64,000 nt of DNA, from positions 954-64,953 of the forward strand of contig JAFUYI010000009.1 in the NCBI GenBank assembly GCA_017470585.1, written 5' to 3'. This DNA comes from Alphaproteobacteria bacterium. GTDB lineage: Bacteria > Pseudomonadota > Alphaproteobacteria > RF32 > CAG-239. Positions 28,251 through 37,529 of this stretch are shown here, piece by piece. The notes beneath the pieces were generated by a model. The model was given only the letters and a program-made list of their open reading frames with translations. It had not been told where the DNA came from and made no database searches. The first letter of the stretch is position 1. Each line of letters begins with the position of its first letter. A program made the position numbers and the translations under genes.

Positions 28251-29875
28251 TGGGTTCTTACCACACTGCAAAATACACCGTTACGTCCCAATTTGCTGCA
28301 GACACCGTCGCCCTCATCAAGGGTCTTAACAGGTCCTATTCTCAAGTGGAACAGTTCTTTGCCCTGCCCGTCGGCCGGAGCATCTACCGAGAAGAACGGA
28401 TCATAGTTTTTCAAAATTTTTGAGTATTTATCGGACAAGCTGTCCCACAGATTCTCAAGGGTTTCCACATTAGCATCGGTGCCGAGTTCAATGGAGATAT
28501 TAGACCCTGCCCCATCGGCAAAACCGGAGCCGTATTTATAGCGATTTGAAAAATCACTGGCAGCAGGATCAAATTGCTGCGTATTCTGAATCCGGTGCAT
28601 CTTGGAGTAATCAAAATCACCGTTTGCTCCGTAACCGTTAGCATTTCCGGCTCCTCGTCCCGCCATAGAGTATTCGGGAACAATTACCTCACTGCCTCCG
28701 ATATTGATGTCAAACTGTCCGCTCGGGTAGTTTGCGGCATCCCCCATAACACCGGAATTAAAGTCAGGATATTCCGCCGAACCGGCTTTAATCTGCTTTC
28801 CGCCCGGTATTTTAGCACCGCGATCCCATTCTTTGGCTGTAATATCATCGGCATAGCTGACATCATCCAATCCGGCATCATCGGAACGGCGCAATTTCAG
28901 ACACACGATTCTTTTACCGTTGCGCAACACCATATCACCTATGGCTTCAACGATAATCAAACGGTTATTCGGACCTTTGGTGCGGAATCCGACCGGAACT
29001 TCCATTCTTTCCACAATCAGCGTTACAATCGGACGCTGTGTCATATTAAGCGATTTGGCTCCCAAATCAATATAAGTGAAAATATCATCCCGCCAAACAC
29101 GTTCCGGAGCAATTACAACGTCTTCCGGATGAGGAACATAAACCTCTATATCAAAACGAAATTTGGTCGGGTCAAGAGGAATATTCTCAACCCAACTGTT
29201 TTTTTGGTTACGTTTTGTAAAAGTGGAATCAACGGACTTTCCGGAATTACCGTAATATTTACTGGCATTAACGTGTGAGCCGCCGTTTCCCCCTATAGCT
29301 CCGGCTCCGCCCGATTCGGCTCCTATTACCTCAATATCCACAATCGCATTGGTAAGACGTTCGGTGTTAACCCCCTCACTTCTGGCATAGAACACATAAC
29401 GATTGCCGGAACGTCCGAATACGATAATATTGGTATCAACCCCGACATTTGCCCCTTTGCGCGGATATAAAAGCAATGTACTGGGACCTGAAATCTGTCC
29501 GTCAAAAGTGGAATTATCACCGATATAAATATCCTCAATCATCTCCCACTCGGGGAAGTTAATCATCGTAATCATACCTTCGCGCAGACGCAACGGCAAG
29601 ACCAAATCCGGCGACCAATAATATTTGGAATAAGCCGGCTTGCTCTGCCCTTCACCGAGATTCTGCAAAGGATCAAGCCATGCACTTTGCATCATCCCCA
29701 AGGAATTAAATCCGGCATAGCTCATATCCATAGGCTGGTATTGCCCTTGTGATTGATCCGCATTTTGGTCCATGCTGCTAATGGTTGCCTGTGCTTTAAC
29801 CTCTCCCGAAAACAATATCAGAAGCAGGCTTAACATACTTATTTTCATAGACTTTGATAGCATAGCTTTATCCAC
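28247..29875 (-). CDS. virB9: VirB9/TrbG-like T4SS outer-membrane core protein with C-terminal Gly-rich extension
   Basis: 542 aa; signal peptide (MKISMLSLLLILFSGEVKAQA). The central region aligns to the VirB9 C-terminal domain (VIAPERVWRDDIFTYIDLGAK...RPIVTLIVERMEVPVGFRTKGPNNRLIIVEAIGDMVLRNGKRIVCLK). An extra ~170-aa G/N-rich C-terminus ends in a SPOR-like ...FHLRIGPVKTLDEGDGVCSKL segment (weak). Confidence 0.7.
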   Translation of the reverse strand: MDKAMLSKSMKISMLSLLLILFSGEVKAQATISSMDQNADQSQGQYQPMDMSYAGFNSLGMMQSAWLDPLQNLGEGQSKPAYSKYYWSPDLVLPLRLREGMITMINFPEWEMIEDIYIGDNSTFDGQISGPSTLLLYPRKGANVGVDTNIIVFGRSGNRYVFYARSEGVNTERLTNAIVDIEVIGAESGGAGAIGGNGGSHVNASKYYGNSGKSVDSTFTKRNQKNSWVENIPLDPTKFRFDIEVYVPHPEDVVIAPERVWRDDIFTYIDLGAKSLNMTQRPIVTLIVERMEVPVGFRTKGPNNRLIIVEAIGDMVLRNGKRIVCLKLRRSDDAGLDDVSYADDITAKEWDRGAKIPGGKQIKAGSAEYPDFNSGVMGDAANYPSGQFDINIGGSEVIVPEYSMAGRGAGNANGYGANGDFDYSKMHRIQNTQQFDPAASDFSNRYKYGSGFADGAGSNISIELGTDANVETLENLWDSLSDKYSKILKNYDPFFSVDAPADGQGKELFHLRIGPVKTLDEGDGVCSKLGRNGVFCSVVRTQ

Positions 29876-29876
29876 C

Positions 29877-30605
29877 TTATTTTACTTTATTGTAACTCAA
29901 AGAATAATTCACAACCGTAAATCCGACCGGATTTTTAAGACGTTCTTTGAATTTTACGCTTTTATAACGATACATAACTTTTAGCGAGGCCGTCCAATAA
30001 TTTATCTCCGGAGTCTTGGAATCGGGATACATATCACGGGTTTCATACTCAACCTGCCATACTCCGTCGCTTAACTCGTTCACGGTCATAATCCGCACAT
30101 CGCGCATCATACGCCGCGTGCGGATAAGTTCCAAAGCCCTGCCGGCGGTGTTTTTTATAAAATCATCATACACTGCAGAGGAGGACATTTCCTGAATCGC
30201 TCCGCCCGCGCCCCATCTGGCCTCAACCTCGGGAATATCGCGGTTAAAAGAGCTGCGCATTAAAACATACTGCCGCACAAAAGCCTCGGTTATAGCTCTT
30301 TCTTCGGTTAAATTACGATTAACCGGCTGAATATTATAAACCTGCTCTTCCTTATTTTGGAACGTCATCAAAAACGGCTCGACACGATACAGCGGGATAA
30401 CCTGCAGAATCGCCAAGAGCAAAATCAGATTACAACAAAAACTAACGGCCGTAATAATAGCAAAAGCACGCGCAGTCCACAGATAGCGTTTTTCGGCAAC
30501 ATTGGCGACAAAAGCCTCATTTCCTGCCCCCGAATCGGGCTTAATGCTTTTTCCGGTCAACAGGCGTTGATTATTATTACGATTCGTCACAACGGGTGCG
30601 GGCAT
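29877..30605 (-). CDS. virB8: VirB8 family protein (paralog a)
   Basis: 242 aa; cytoplasmic N-terminus, one TM, periplasmic NTF2-like domain (...EAFVRQYVLMRSSF...WQVEYETRD...WTASLKVMYRY). Confidence 0.8.
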   Translation of the reverse strand: MPAPVVTNRNNNQRLLTGKSIKPDSGAGNEAFVANVAEKRYLWTARAFAIITAVSFCCNLILLLAILQVIPLYRVEPFLMTFQNKEEQVYNIQPVNRNLTEERAITEAFVRQYVLMRSSFNRDIPEVEARWGAGGAIQEMSSSAVYDDFIKNTAGRALELIRTRRMMRDVRIMTVNELSDGVWQVEYETRDMYPDSKTPEINYWTASLKVMYRYKSVKFKERLKNPVGFTVVNYSLSYNKVK

Positions 30606-30617
30606 AATTTCAATCCC

Positions 30618-30806
30618 TTAAATAGTTTCAACAAACCAATCCGGCAATGTTTGCGGCAATTCAAGTTGCATACAGGCGCAAGGAGAAAGCTTTAATTCAT
30701 CGGTTGCCTTACCGATTTCAACCGGCTCCGGCTCATAATAGGAACCGAAAATACCGCAACCGGCAAGCAAGGCAACAGCAAGCAACAATATTAACTTTTT
30801 GGTCAT
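30618..30806 (-). CDS. Small lipoprotein, VirB7-like
   Basis: 62 aa; signal with lipobox LLAGC, Cys-containing mature peptide. The position between two virB8 genes and upstream of virB9 is typical for VirB7. Confidence 0.5.
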   Translation of the reverse strand: MTKKLILLLAVALLAGCGIFGSYYEPEPVEIGKATDELKLSPCACMQLELPQTLPDWFVETI

Positions 30807-30903
30807 CAGAATATTCCTTTTAAAACTACAGCGATTCTATTTTAGACTCTTTTTTTATAAAAGTCTAACACTTTTCGCAATAAATTTGCAAATATTGCAA
30901 ATT

Positions 30904-31662
30904 TTATTGGAATTGTACTTCACTCTGATTATATCTTGTAACCGTAAAACCTAAAGGATTTATTAACCGACGACCGACAAAAAGACGTTCCGGGAAAAAA
31001 TATGAGGTAACGGATGCCGTCCAGTATTTAACGTTAAGAATAAGGGAGCCGGTCTCTCCGTTGCGGTTGCGCTGCGACACCTCATAAGTTTTAAAGTCAA
31101 CTTTCCACACCGGACTTTTTTTTCCGCCGACTTTGCCCACCGAAATAATTTCCACTTCTTGGCTTATTTGTTCATCAATATTGCGTTGCCAAACATTTTC
31201 CCGATATTTATTAAATTCCTCAAAAATAGGATCGCTTGATAAAAAATGAACGATTCCCCCCGGATACCAACGCGACATCATCTCCAACTGGTCGTTAATG
31301 ATGGTATTGCGGTATAAAACATATTGGCGGACAAATATCTCCATCAATTTTTCTTTTGAAGCCATATCATGAGCAATCGGTTCATAGCGAACCATATCAT
31401 CGGAATCCCTTTGATTGATAATCAAAAACGGCTCAACCGACACTCTCGGGGCAAGATTAAACAATGCCAGAGAGGCTGACAAGAATAAAGCCAAAGACAG
31501 CGTTGCCGTAAATAAGAACAATCTTGAAAGCCACATATAATAATACATCTTGGCACTGCGTTTTTCACGCTCATTCTGCCCGATAAAGCTGTATGTTTTG
31601 CCGCTTTTATCGGTTAAGACCTGAACTTTGGTTGTTTCAAGAATATTTCCTAAACTGCTCAT
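30904..31662 (-). CDS. virB8: VirB8 family protein (paralog b)
   Basis: 252 aa; TM (LFLFTATLSLALFLSASLALF) plus NTF2-like domain (...EIFVRQYVLYRNTI...WKVDFKTYE...WTASVTSYFFP). Confidence 0.75.
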   Translation of the reverse strand: MSSLGNILETTKVQVLTDKSGKTYSFIGQNEREKRSAKMYYYMWLSRLFLFTATLSLALFLSASLALFNLAPRVSVEPFLIINQRDSDDMVRYEPIAHDMASKEKLMEIFVRQYVLYRNTIINDQLEMMSRWYPGGIVHFLSSDPIFEEFNKYRENVWQRNIDEQISQEVEIISVGKVGGKKSPVWKVDFKTYEVSQRNRNGETGSLILNVKYWTASVTSYFFPERLFVGRRLINPLGFTVTRYNQSEVQFQ

Positions 31663-31677
31663 TTCCCTGTTATTCTC

Positions 31678-34600
31678 TTAATAAGGCATACAAACCGGCT
31701 GTTCGTATTCATCAATTTCTTTTCTTATTGAAGCATAGCCCTCATTTCTCGCTTTGGCAATCACTTTTTGATTAGCCTGTTCACTCCTTATCTTTTCGGT
31801 CAGCGGACTGCCGGATTTAGTATTGGCGGTTACACTCACCAAAGCTTGCGAATCCTGAATCATAGCCTTATAAGTATTATTGATTTTATCATAACGTTCT
31901 TTAACTGTTTCATCGTTGTAGTTCACGCGCGATAACTCACTTTGCACCTGTCCCATCATGGTATTCTTACGTTCCTGAAGTTTGCGTAAGACATAATTAT
32001 AATCATCATCACGGGAAAGATCCAGATTATCTTTAAGTGTAAAGCCCATCTTACCGAACGTTTCGCGCAAGCTCTCAACAAAATCATCTATACTGCCTTT
32101 TAACTCCGTTAAGTTCTTGTCAATCTGATTTTCTTTATCCACAAAGTGCAGGAAATCGCCTATCTGATTGGTTGTAAACATCGCACGCTGATAGGTGTTT
32201 TCCTCGGCAGATAATTCATATTTACCTGTTTTTTGCGCTTTTTCCTCTTTGGCAATAAGCTTTTCAAAACCCTCATGCGGACGGTCATTCAACAACAATC
32301 GCCCTTTTTTATAGCGCAGAAACATTCCCAACTCACTGCTCACCGGCTCGTTTATTTCTCCGGCGGCATTAGCTTTAACGCTGCCTTTAACATCTCTGTC
32401 ATAGATAATATATGTTTCCAAAATATTGCCTATTCCAACCGTATGTCCGGCAATGGTCAAATCTTTACAGGTCTGCAAGCTCTTGAGCTTCTGCAAGTTT
32501 TCGGCACTGAATTGCTTTTGTGTATTGACAATGGAATATTTACCTGAATTATCCATATCTATCATATAGCTGCCGACTTTACAGGGAAGTATAATTCCCC
32601 GCATATAGGCTTTAACTTCGCCGCCTTTTTCCAAGATTCGTCCCAAATCAGCTCCTCTTTCCACATAAGCTTTATCGGAAAGCAACAGCTGCCATACATA
32701 CGGCTGACTTACACCGTATTCAAGAAACGCTGTACTGGTGAGCTTACCGTCACTGCCTTTTTCCAAATTACGGTAATCGGTAGTATCAAAATGCACCATA
32801 TCACGGACAGTAGGATAGTGTGCCGTCAACGGAGCTTTGGGAGCGGTAAAGTCTCTGGCTTTGGCTGGAAGTCCTGCAAAATACTGTTCGTCAGCCGCAT
32901 CGCAGGTATATTCGGAACATACGGACTTATTCAAGGTCGTCTTGAAAGCAGTAGTCAGCATGGAAACGATACCGGACGAACCGACATTAAAGGTACCGAT
33001 GGCCACAGCAACATCGTGATTAAAGCAGGTTTTCGGTAAATCTTTGAGTTTGCCCACCAAATCGGTGTGCATTTTAACGATTTTGGGATTGTTATAAGTC
33101 ATATATAACTCATCGTTTTCACTCATCTTCATCACGTCTTCATAGTGATCGCTTATCAATCCCGCGGCACAACTTCTGGCTCTGTCTATCAAGCTGTCGG
33201 CTTTTTTTACCATATCAAGCACATCACCGTCATCAAGCTTTAGAGCCTTATATATGCCGGCAAGCTTCGGCGCGCTGTCTATAGCATCTTGCAGAGCCTG
33301 AAGTTTATCATTATATTCGGTTTCAATCGCCGTAATATCTTCTTGATATTTTTGATTGAGGGTATTGATTTTATCATTATTCGCCTCAATTTTGGCACGA
33401 ACCGAATCCCGGTTTTGTTCATACTGCTTTAATTTGGCACGCAACTGCCCCAACTCCGTTATTTTGGTCGCCTGCAGATTGCCGGCTTCCTCTAATGTAA
33501 GTTTTGCCATCGTATAAGTAGAAGAACTGGTATTTGTACCGCGTGCGTTTAAGGCCTCAATTTCCCGACGGGCATTTTCCACTTTACTCTCGTTTAATGC
33601 GCGTTCTCCATCGGCGGTATTTATTTTTTGGGTTACATCGCCTATCATCGCCGCCCACGCATCCAATTGTGTGTTAAGTGCAGTATTTGAGGTCTTATAA
33701 GGAAGTATTGCCGCAGCCTGTTTAGCCTTGATTGAAGCCAACGCCGAAGCTTTGGCGGCGAGCAAACCGGTCGACGAGGAAGATGAAGACGTATTCCCGC
33801 CCAACGCATCTTCAATCAACGCCAGACCGGCGTTAATTTTCTTTTTATCAACGGCTATCGGGTTGCCGCTATTAATCTTTTTGGCAATTTCCAAGGCCAG
33901 CAAATTAACTTCTATTCCGTCAATATAATTTTTCATATTATTGTATTTGTTTTCCAAATACTGGTCATAATATGCCCTTTGGTCATTCCATAAAGGATAC
34001 GGGTGAGCCGGTTTGCCGTATATCGGCTTTTGTGAATTTTGATCCTCAACCAAAATCTGCGCCGCTTTGCGACCTATCTGCCAATTCAGGAGTTCAACCT
34101 CACGCACCGAATCGGAAAAAGCCTGCGCCCGGCTGGGATTTGCCAAAACGTCATCATCCGAGCCGGAAGATGTGTCCACCGGATCATAATCCACCTCTGT
34201 GAGCCTGTCCGAATCCTTTGAAGTATCAATCTCAACCTCACCGAAAGCATCCAAATCAAACTCATTACCCACCGAAGCGTTAGCAACCTGATAGGCAGAA
34301 ATTGCCCAGCCCGAAAGACCCTTGCGGCTGTCATAATCACCGGGATCTTTCGGAGGAGTACTCTGTCCGAACCATACCATATTAGGTTCATCATAGCGAC
34401 GACCGATATACTGAATCACACATTGATCAGAGGTTTTAATCGCTTCAACCGCCTTGGCACGAAGCTCGGTATAAAGCCGATACTGCGTATAAACATCTTT
34501 ATAAGTGGGCATTCTCTGCAAGAGATTATGCGCTTCCATCGCCTCATTTACATATTTTTGCGTATCGGCAATAATTCCCAAAGCTTTAATCTGTGTTTCG

Positions 34601-35604
34601 CTACCACTGAGAAGAGAGGCCGCTTTCGGAGCTTTTGCATCAACAAACTCACTGCGGATATTGCTTGTCGGAATCACCGCCCGATGTGAAGAAATCGGAG
34701 CCGACGCATTTTTATCCTCAACACTTTCCGCTGCGGTTTTTGCCGCGGAGAACGCTGTATCTATTTTTAACTCTTTTTTCAATTCCTTGGCTGCTTGCGC
34801 CTTGGTTTTAACTTGCGAGGAAATTCCCTTAAACGCGGAATTTTGCATCATTTGGGCAAAGCCTAACCGTTGATGCGACATAATAAGAGAAGTTTTGCCC
34901 GAAGAAGAGCCTTTGGGTGCCGGAATAACCGTTCGCGGCTGACGTAATTGTCTGGCCGCCAAATATTGATTCTGCATTGCCACAAGCTGTTCGGTAATCT
35001 TTAAGATGTCATTGAACTTGCGATTTGCCATATAAGCATTATAAGCAACGGCGTTTTCATCTTCGGGATCGGCGGCATCGCCTCCGCCGGCGGTTGCCTC
35101 CTCACCGAATTTTTCAACATCTTTACGCAGATTTGAAAGTTGCGCCTCAAGCTCAATAATTGAGGTTTTCATCTCAACCAAAGTATCGTAATAAAACTGC
35201 AGAGCTTTCTGCTCATAGGCTTTATTGATACGTTCATCATCGGAGGGATATTGTAAAAATAATTCCCTAAAAGCCTCTTCAACCGCCTCGGCACTGTATA
35301 TGTCAACCGAGGAGCCTTCGTCAAAATCCTTACTGCCCGGGACTTTACTCATAACTTTGGTTAATTTTCCGGCATATTTATCTGCCATCGCTTTAACTTC
35401 AGTAACACCCTTTTTGACTTCCGCAACAACGCCTTCTTCAACGGCGGTAAGCTGTTTCTGTACGGTCTGAACGGCGGAATTGGCATCACCGGAAAAATCA
35501 AACGTTGTTCCCGCTACAAGCTGGGCTCTCGCTTGCGGTGCAACACTCAAAAGCATCACAACCGTTAAGCCTGCCAAATGATTTTTTAATTCGGATATTC
35601 TCAT
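31678..35604 (-). CDS. Large secreted coiled-coil protein (1308 aa), T4SS-operon-encoded; function unknown
   Basis: Signal peptide MRISELKNHLAGLTVVMLLSVAPQARA. No predicted TM helices; long helical and Ser/Ala-rich tracts; several Cys in the C-terminal third. No family recognised. Confidence 0.5.
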   Translation of the reverse strand: MRISELKNHLAGLTVVMLLSVAPQARAQLVAGTTFDFSGDANSAVQTVQKQLTAVEEGVVAEVKKGVTEVKAMADKYAGKLTKVMSKVPGSKDFDEGSSVDIYSAEAVEEAFRELFLQYPSDDERINKAYEQKALQFYYDTLVEMKTSIIELEAQLSNLRKDVEKFGEEATAGGGDAADPEDENAVAYNAYMANRKFNDILKITEQLVAMQNQYLAARQLRQPRTVIPAPKGSSSGKTSLIMSHQRLGFAQMMQNSAFKGISSQVKTKAQAAKELKKELKIDTAFSAAKTAAESVEDKNASAPISSHRAVIPTSNIRSEFVDAKAPKAASLLSGSETQIKALGIIADTQKYVNEAMEAHNLLQRMPTYKDVYTQYRLYTELRAKAVEAIKTSDQCVIQYIGRRYDEPNMVWFGQSTPPKDPGDYDSRKGLSGWAISAYQVANASVGNEFDLDAFGEVEIDTSKDSDRLTEVDYDPVDTSSGSDDDVLANPSRAQAFSDSVREVELLNWQIGRKAAQILVEDQNSQKPIYGKPAHPYPLWNDQRAYYDQYLENKYNNMKNYIDGIEVNLLALEIAKKINSGNPIAVDKKKINAGLALIEDALGGNTSSSSSSTGLLAAKASALASIKAKQAAAILPYKTSNTALNTQLDAWAAMIGDVTQKINTADGERALNESKVENARREIEALNARGTNTSSSTYTMAKLTLEEAGNLQATKITELGQLRAKLKQYEQNRDSVRAKIEANNDKINTLNQKYQEDITAIETEYNDKLQALQDAIDSAPKLAGIYKALKLDDGDVLDMVKKADSLIDRARSCAAGLISDHYEDVMKMSENDELYMTYNNPKIVKMHTDLVGKLKDLPKTCFNHDVAVAIGTFNVGSSGIVSMLTTAFKTTLNKSVCSEYTCDAADEQYFAGLPAKARDFTAPKAPLTAHYPTVRDMVHFDTTDYRNLEKGSDGKLTSTAFLEYGVSQPYVWQLLLSDKAYVERGADLGRILEKGGEVKAYMRGIILPCKVGSYMIDMDNSGKYSIVNTQKQFSAENLQKLKSLQTCKDLTIAGHTVGIGNILETYIIYDRDVKGSVKANAAGEINEPVSSELGMFLRYKKGRLLLNDRPHEGFEKLIAKEEKAQKTGKYELSAEENTYQRAMFTTNQIGDFLHFVDKENQIDKNLTELKGSIDDFVESLRETFGKMGFTLKDNLDLSRDDDYNYVLRKLQERKNTMMGQVQSELSRVNYNDETVKERYDKINNTYKAMIQDSQALVSVTANTKSGSPLTEKIRSEQANQKVIAKARNEGYASIRKEIDEYEQPVCMPY

Positions 35605-36875
35605 TTGTTATCTCCTCCTTCGGTTGCGCTTTGAGCTGTTGCATCCGTACCCGCGGCAGGAGCATTTTTGCGCTCTTGTTCGGCATAATCGGAAATGGAT
35701 TTAAGAGTTTTCTGCAAAGGATCTTTTGAAGCATCGAGCAAGCTCGGATCAAGCGGAGCTTCTTCCTTATATTCCGTTGCCGGCGTAGTTTCAACCTCGT
35801 ATTTATCTCGCGACGGATCAAACTTATAATTATCAAAATTAAAGTTTGAAATCGCCGTGTCGGCATTTATTTTATTAAATCCGCTGTTTGCCAAATCATG
35901 GCTGATGTCCAGTTTAAGCTGTTGCAAGACCAGCTCTGTGTAGTTAATCAATGCTAACATATTCATTTTTTTAAGCTCAATTGCGGCAGCGGTTTTGGCG
36001 GCACTCGAGCCTTCCAAATCCGATGATTTTTCTTCGGAATCCTTGGCTTTTTTATTATCGTTTTCAATATCCATACGAATTATGGCCGTGCGGTTTAAGA
36101 CCGTTGCCATATCTTCCCAGAAAAACGAATAATAAAGTTTACGATAATTCAAAACGACATTGGTTGTAACTTCGGTATCTTCGGAAGGTGAAATCATACT
36201 TACCGTTCCTTTAAGATCCTCGGTCGAGTCATAATTACCGGCAATAGAAGTGATTTTGGTCAATGTTCCTGCGGCACTTTCCAAAAGCTGATCTTTTGCA
36301 TCCTCCAAACTCTTCAGTGTTTTTTCGCTGTCTTCCTTGATTTTAGCCAATTTTTTGGCGCGATCTTCTTTCAGCTTTTCTTTTTTCTTCTGCAGTTTGG
36401 TAATTTTTTTCATATTCTTGGCGGCATGCTCGGGATGAGCAAGAGTATCCTGCTCCAGTTCTTGAATATTTCTGTCAATCTCGGCGATTTTTTTCTCGGA
36501 AGTCTTGGTTTCATTATCGGCATCCTGCGCCGCCTTATTTTGCGCATCGGTTTTCTTTTTATTGACTTTTTTGAGTTTTGAGGCAATACTTCCGACTTCT
36601 TTGAAATCCACATCCTTGTAACTGTCCAAAGTTTTGGAGTAATCATAGAACTCTTTGGCTCCCTTGCCGTATTGAATGGCGGTTTGAATAAAAGTGCTTT
36701 CCTCAATTTTGGCTTGAAGTTTGGCAACTTTGGTTTTAACCGTGGTGATTTTCTTTTGAATCCCCACGCTGATGTCTTTTTTAAACGGAGGCAAAAGGAA
36801 AGCTTGGCTTTCCGCACCGCATAAGCCTATCAAAAGAGTCGCCGCCATTGCTGTTAGTAGAGATTTTTTCATCAC
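35601..36875 (-). CDS. Secreted Lys/Glu-rich coiled-coil protein (424 aa), T4SS-operon-encoded
   Basis: Signal peptide MMKKSLLTAMAATLLIGLCGA; highly charged helical sequence; 4-nt overlap with the downstream gene. Confidence 0.5.
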   Translation of the reverse strand: MMKKSLLTAMAATLLIGLCGAESQAFLLPPFKKDISVGIQKKITTVKTKVAKLQAKIEESTFIQTAIQYGKGAKEFYDYSKTLDSYKDVDFKEVGSIASKLKKVNKKKTDAQNKAAQDADNETKTSEKKIAEIDRNIQELEQDTLAHPEHAAKNMKKITKLQKKKEKLKEDRAKKLAKIKEDSEKTLKSLEDAKDQLLESAAGTLTKITSIAGNYDSTEDLKGTVSMISPSEDTEVTTNVVLNYRKLYYSFFWEDMATVLNRTAIIRMDIENDNKKAKDSEEKSSDLEGSSAAKTAAAIELKKMNMLALINYTELVLQQLKLDISHDLANSGFNKINADTAISNFNFDNYKFDPSRDKYEVETTPATEYKEEAPLDPSLLDASKDPLQKTLKSISDYAEQERKNAPAAGTDATAQSATEGGDNK

Positions 36876-36884
36876 GCGCCTCCT

Positions 36885-37529
36885 TTATTCGTCTTCTTTC
36901 GGCGGCTGCATATTGCGAGCCATAAGCCGTAAAACAAATTCTTTTGCTGATGCCTGCATATCGTTAATACGATTCAGACGGCGTGATGCTTCCGTTGCTT
37001 CTTTAGTGGCTTTTTTTATCATTTCGCGACTGTCTTTGGCATCTCCCGTCGACTCTTCGGGTTTGGCATCTTTGTTTTCTTTTGCCATATTGGTACGCAA
37101 AGTAAATGCGTAGGCATACATACGAGTCAAATACCCTCGAAGCATTTCATCATTAAGGTCTTTATTAGCCTGCGCCGCCTCAATCTGATTGGTTTCCGCA
37201 TTCTGCGGCATGGTAGATTGCACAGCATCCGAAAGTTTTCGCTTGTCTCCCAATGCAGCAGCCAAAGACTTCGGCTCCGTAACCGAAACAGCATCAAAAT
37301 TCAAACCGCTGCTCTCGGCAACTCCGGTTAAAGCTCCGATATCGCCTTGACGTGCAGAATTATAAGTTGATTCAATGGTTTGCAATTTTTGCTCAATAGT
37401 TTGTTTTTTGGCTTGAACATCCTCCAGAAAAGTCAAGGATGTTTCGACAAACTCAAAGTCGGCTCGAGCTTGAGGAATACTGACTATTCCCCATCCGATT
37501 GCCAATATCCACAAAGCTTTCTTCATCAC
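36885..37529 (-). CDS. Secreted helical protein (214 aa), possible VirB5/TrbJ-like minor pilus component
   Basis: Signal peptide MMKKALWILAIGWGIVSIPQARA; size and all-helical character fit VirB5. This is a positional/compositional guess only. Confidence 0.35.
   Translation of the reverse strand: MMKKALWILAIGWGIVSIPQARADFEFVETSLTFLEDVQAKKQTIEQKLQTIESTYNSARQGDIGALTGVAESSGLNFDAVSVTEPKSLAAALGDKRKLSDAVQSTMPQNAETNQIEAAQANKDLNDEMLRGYLTRMYAYAFTLRTNMAKENKDAKPEESTGDAKDSREMIKKATKEATEASRRLNRINDMQASAKEFVLRLMARNMQPPKEDE

Noticed and set aside
28574-29278. 234-aa plus-strand ORF opposite virB9
   Set aside because: It is fully contained antisense to the VirB9-like gene and has no recognisable features.
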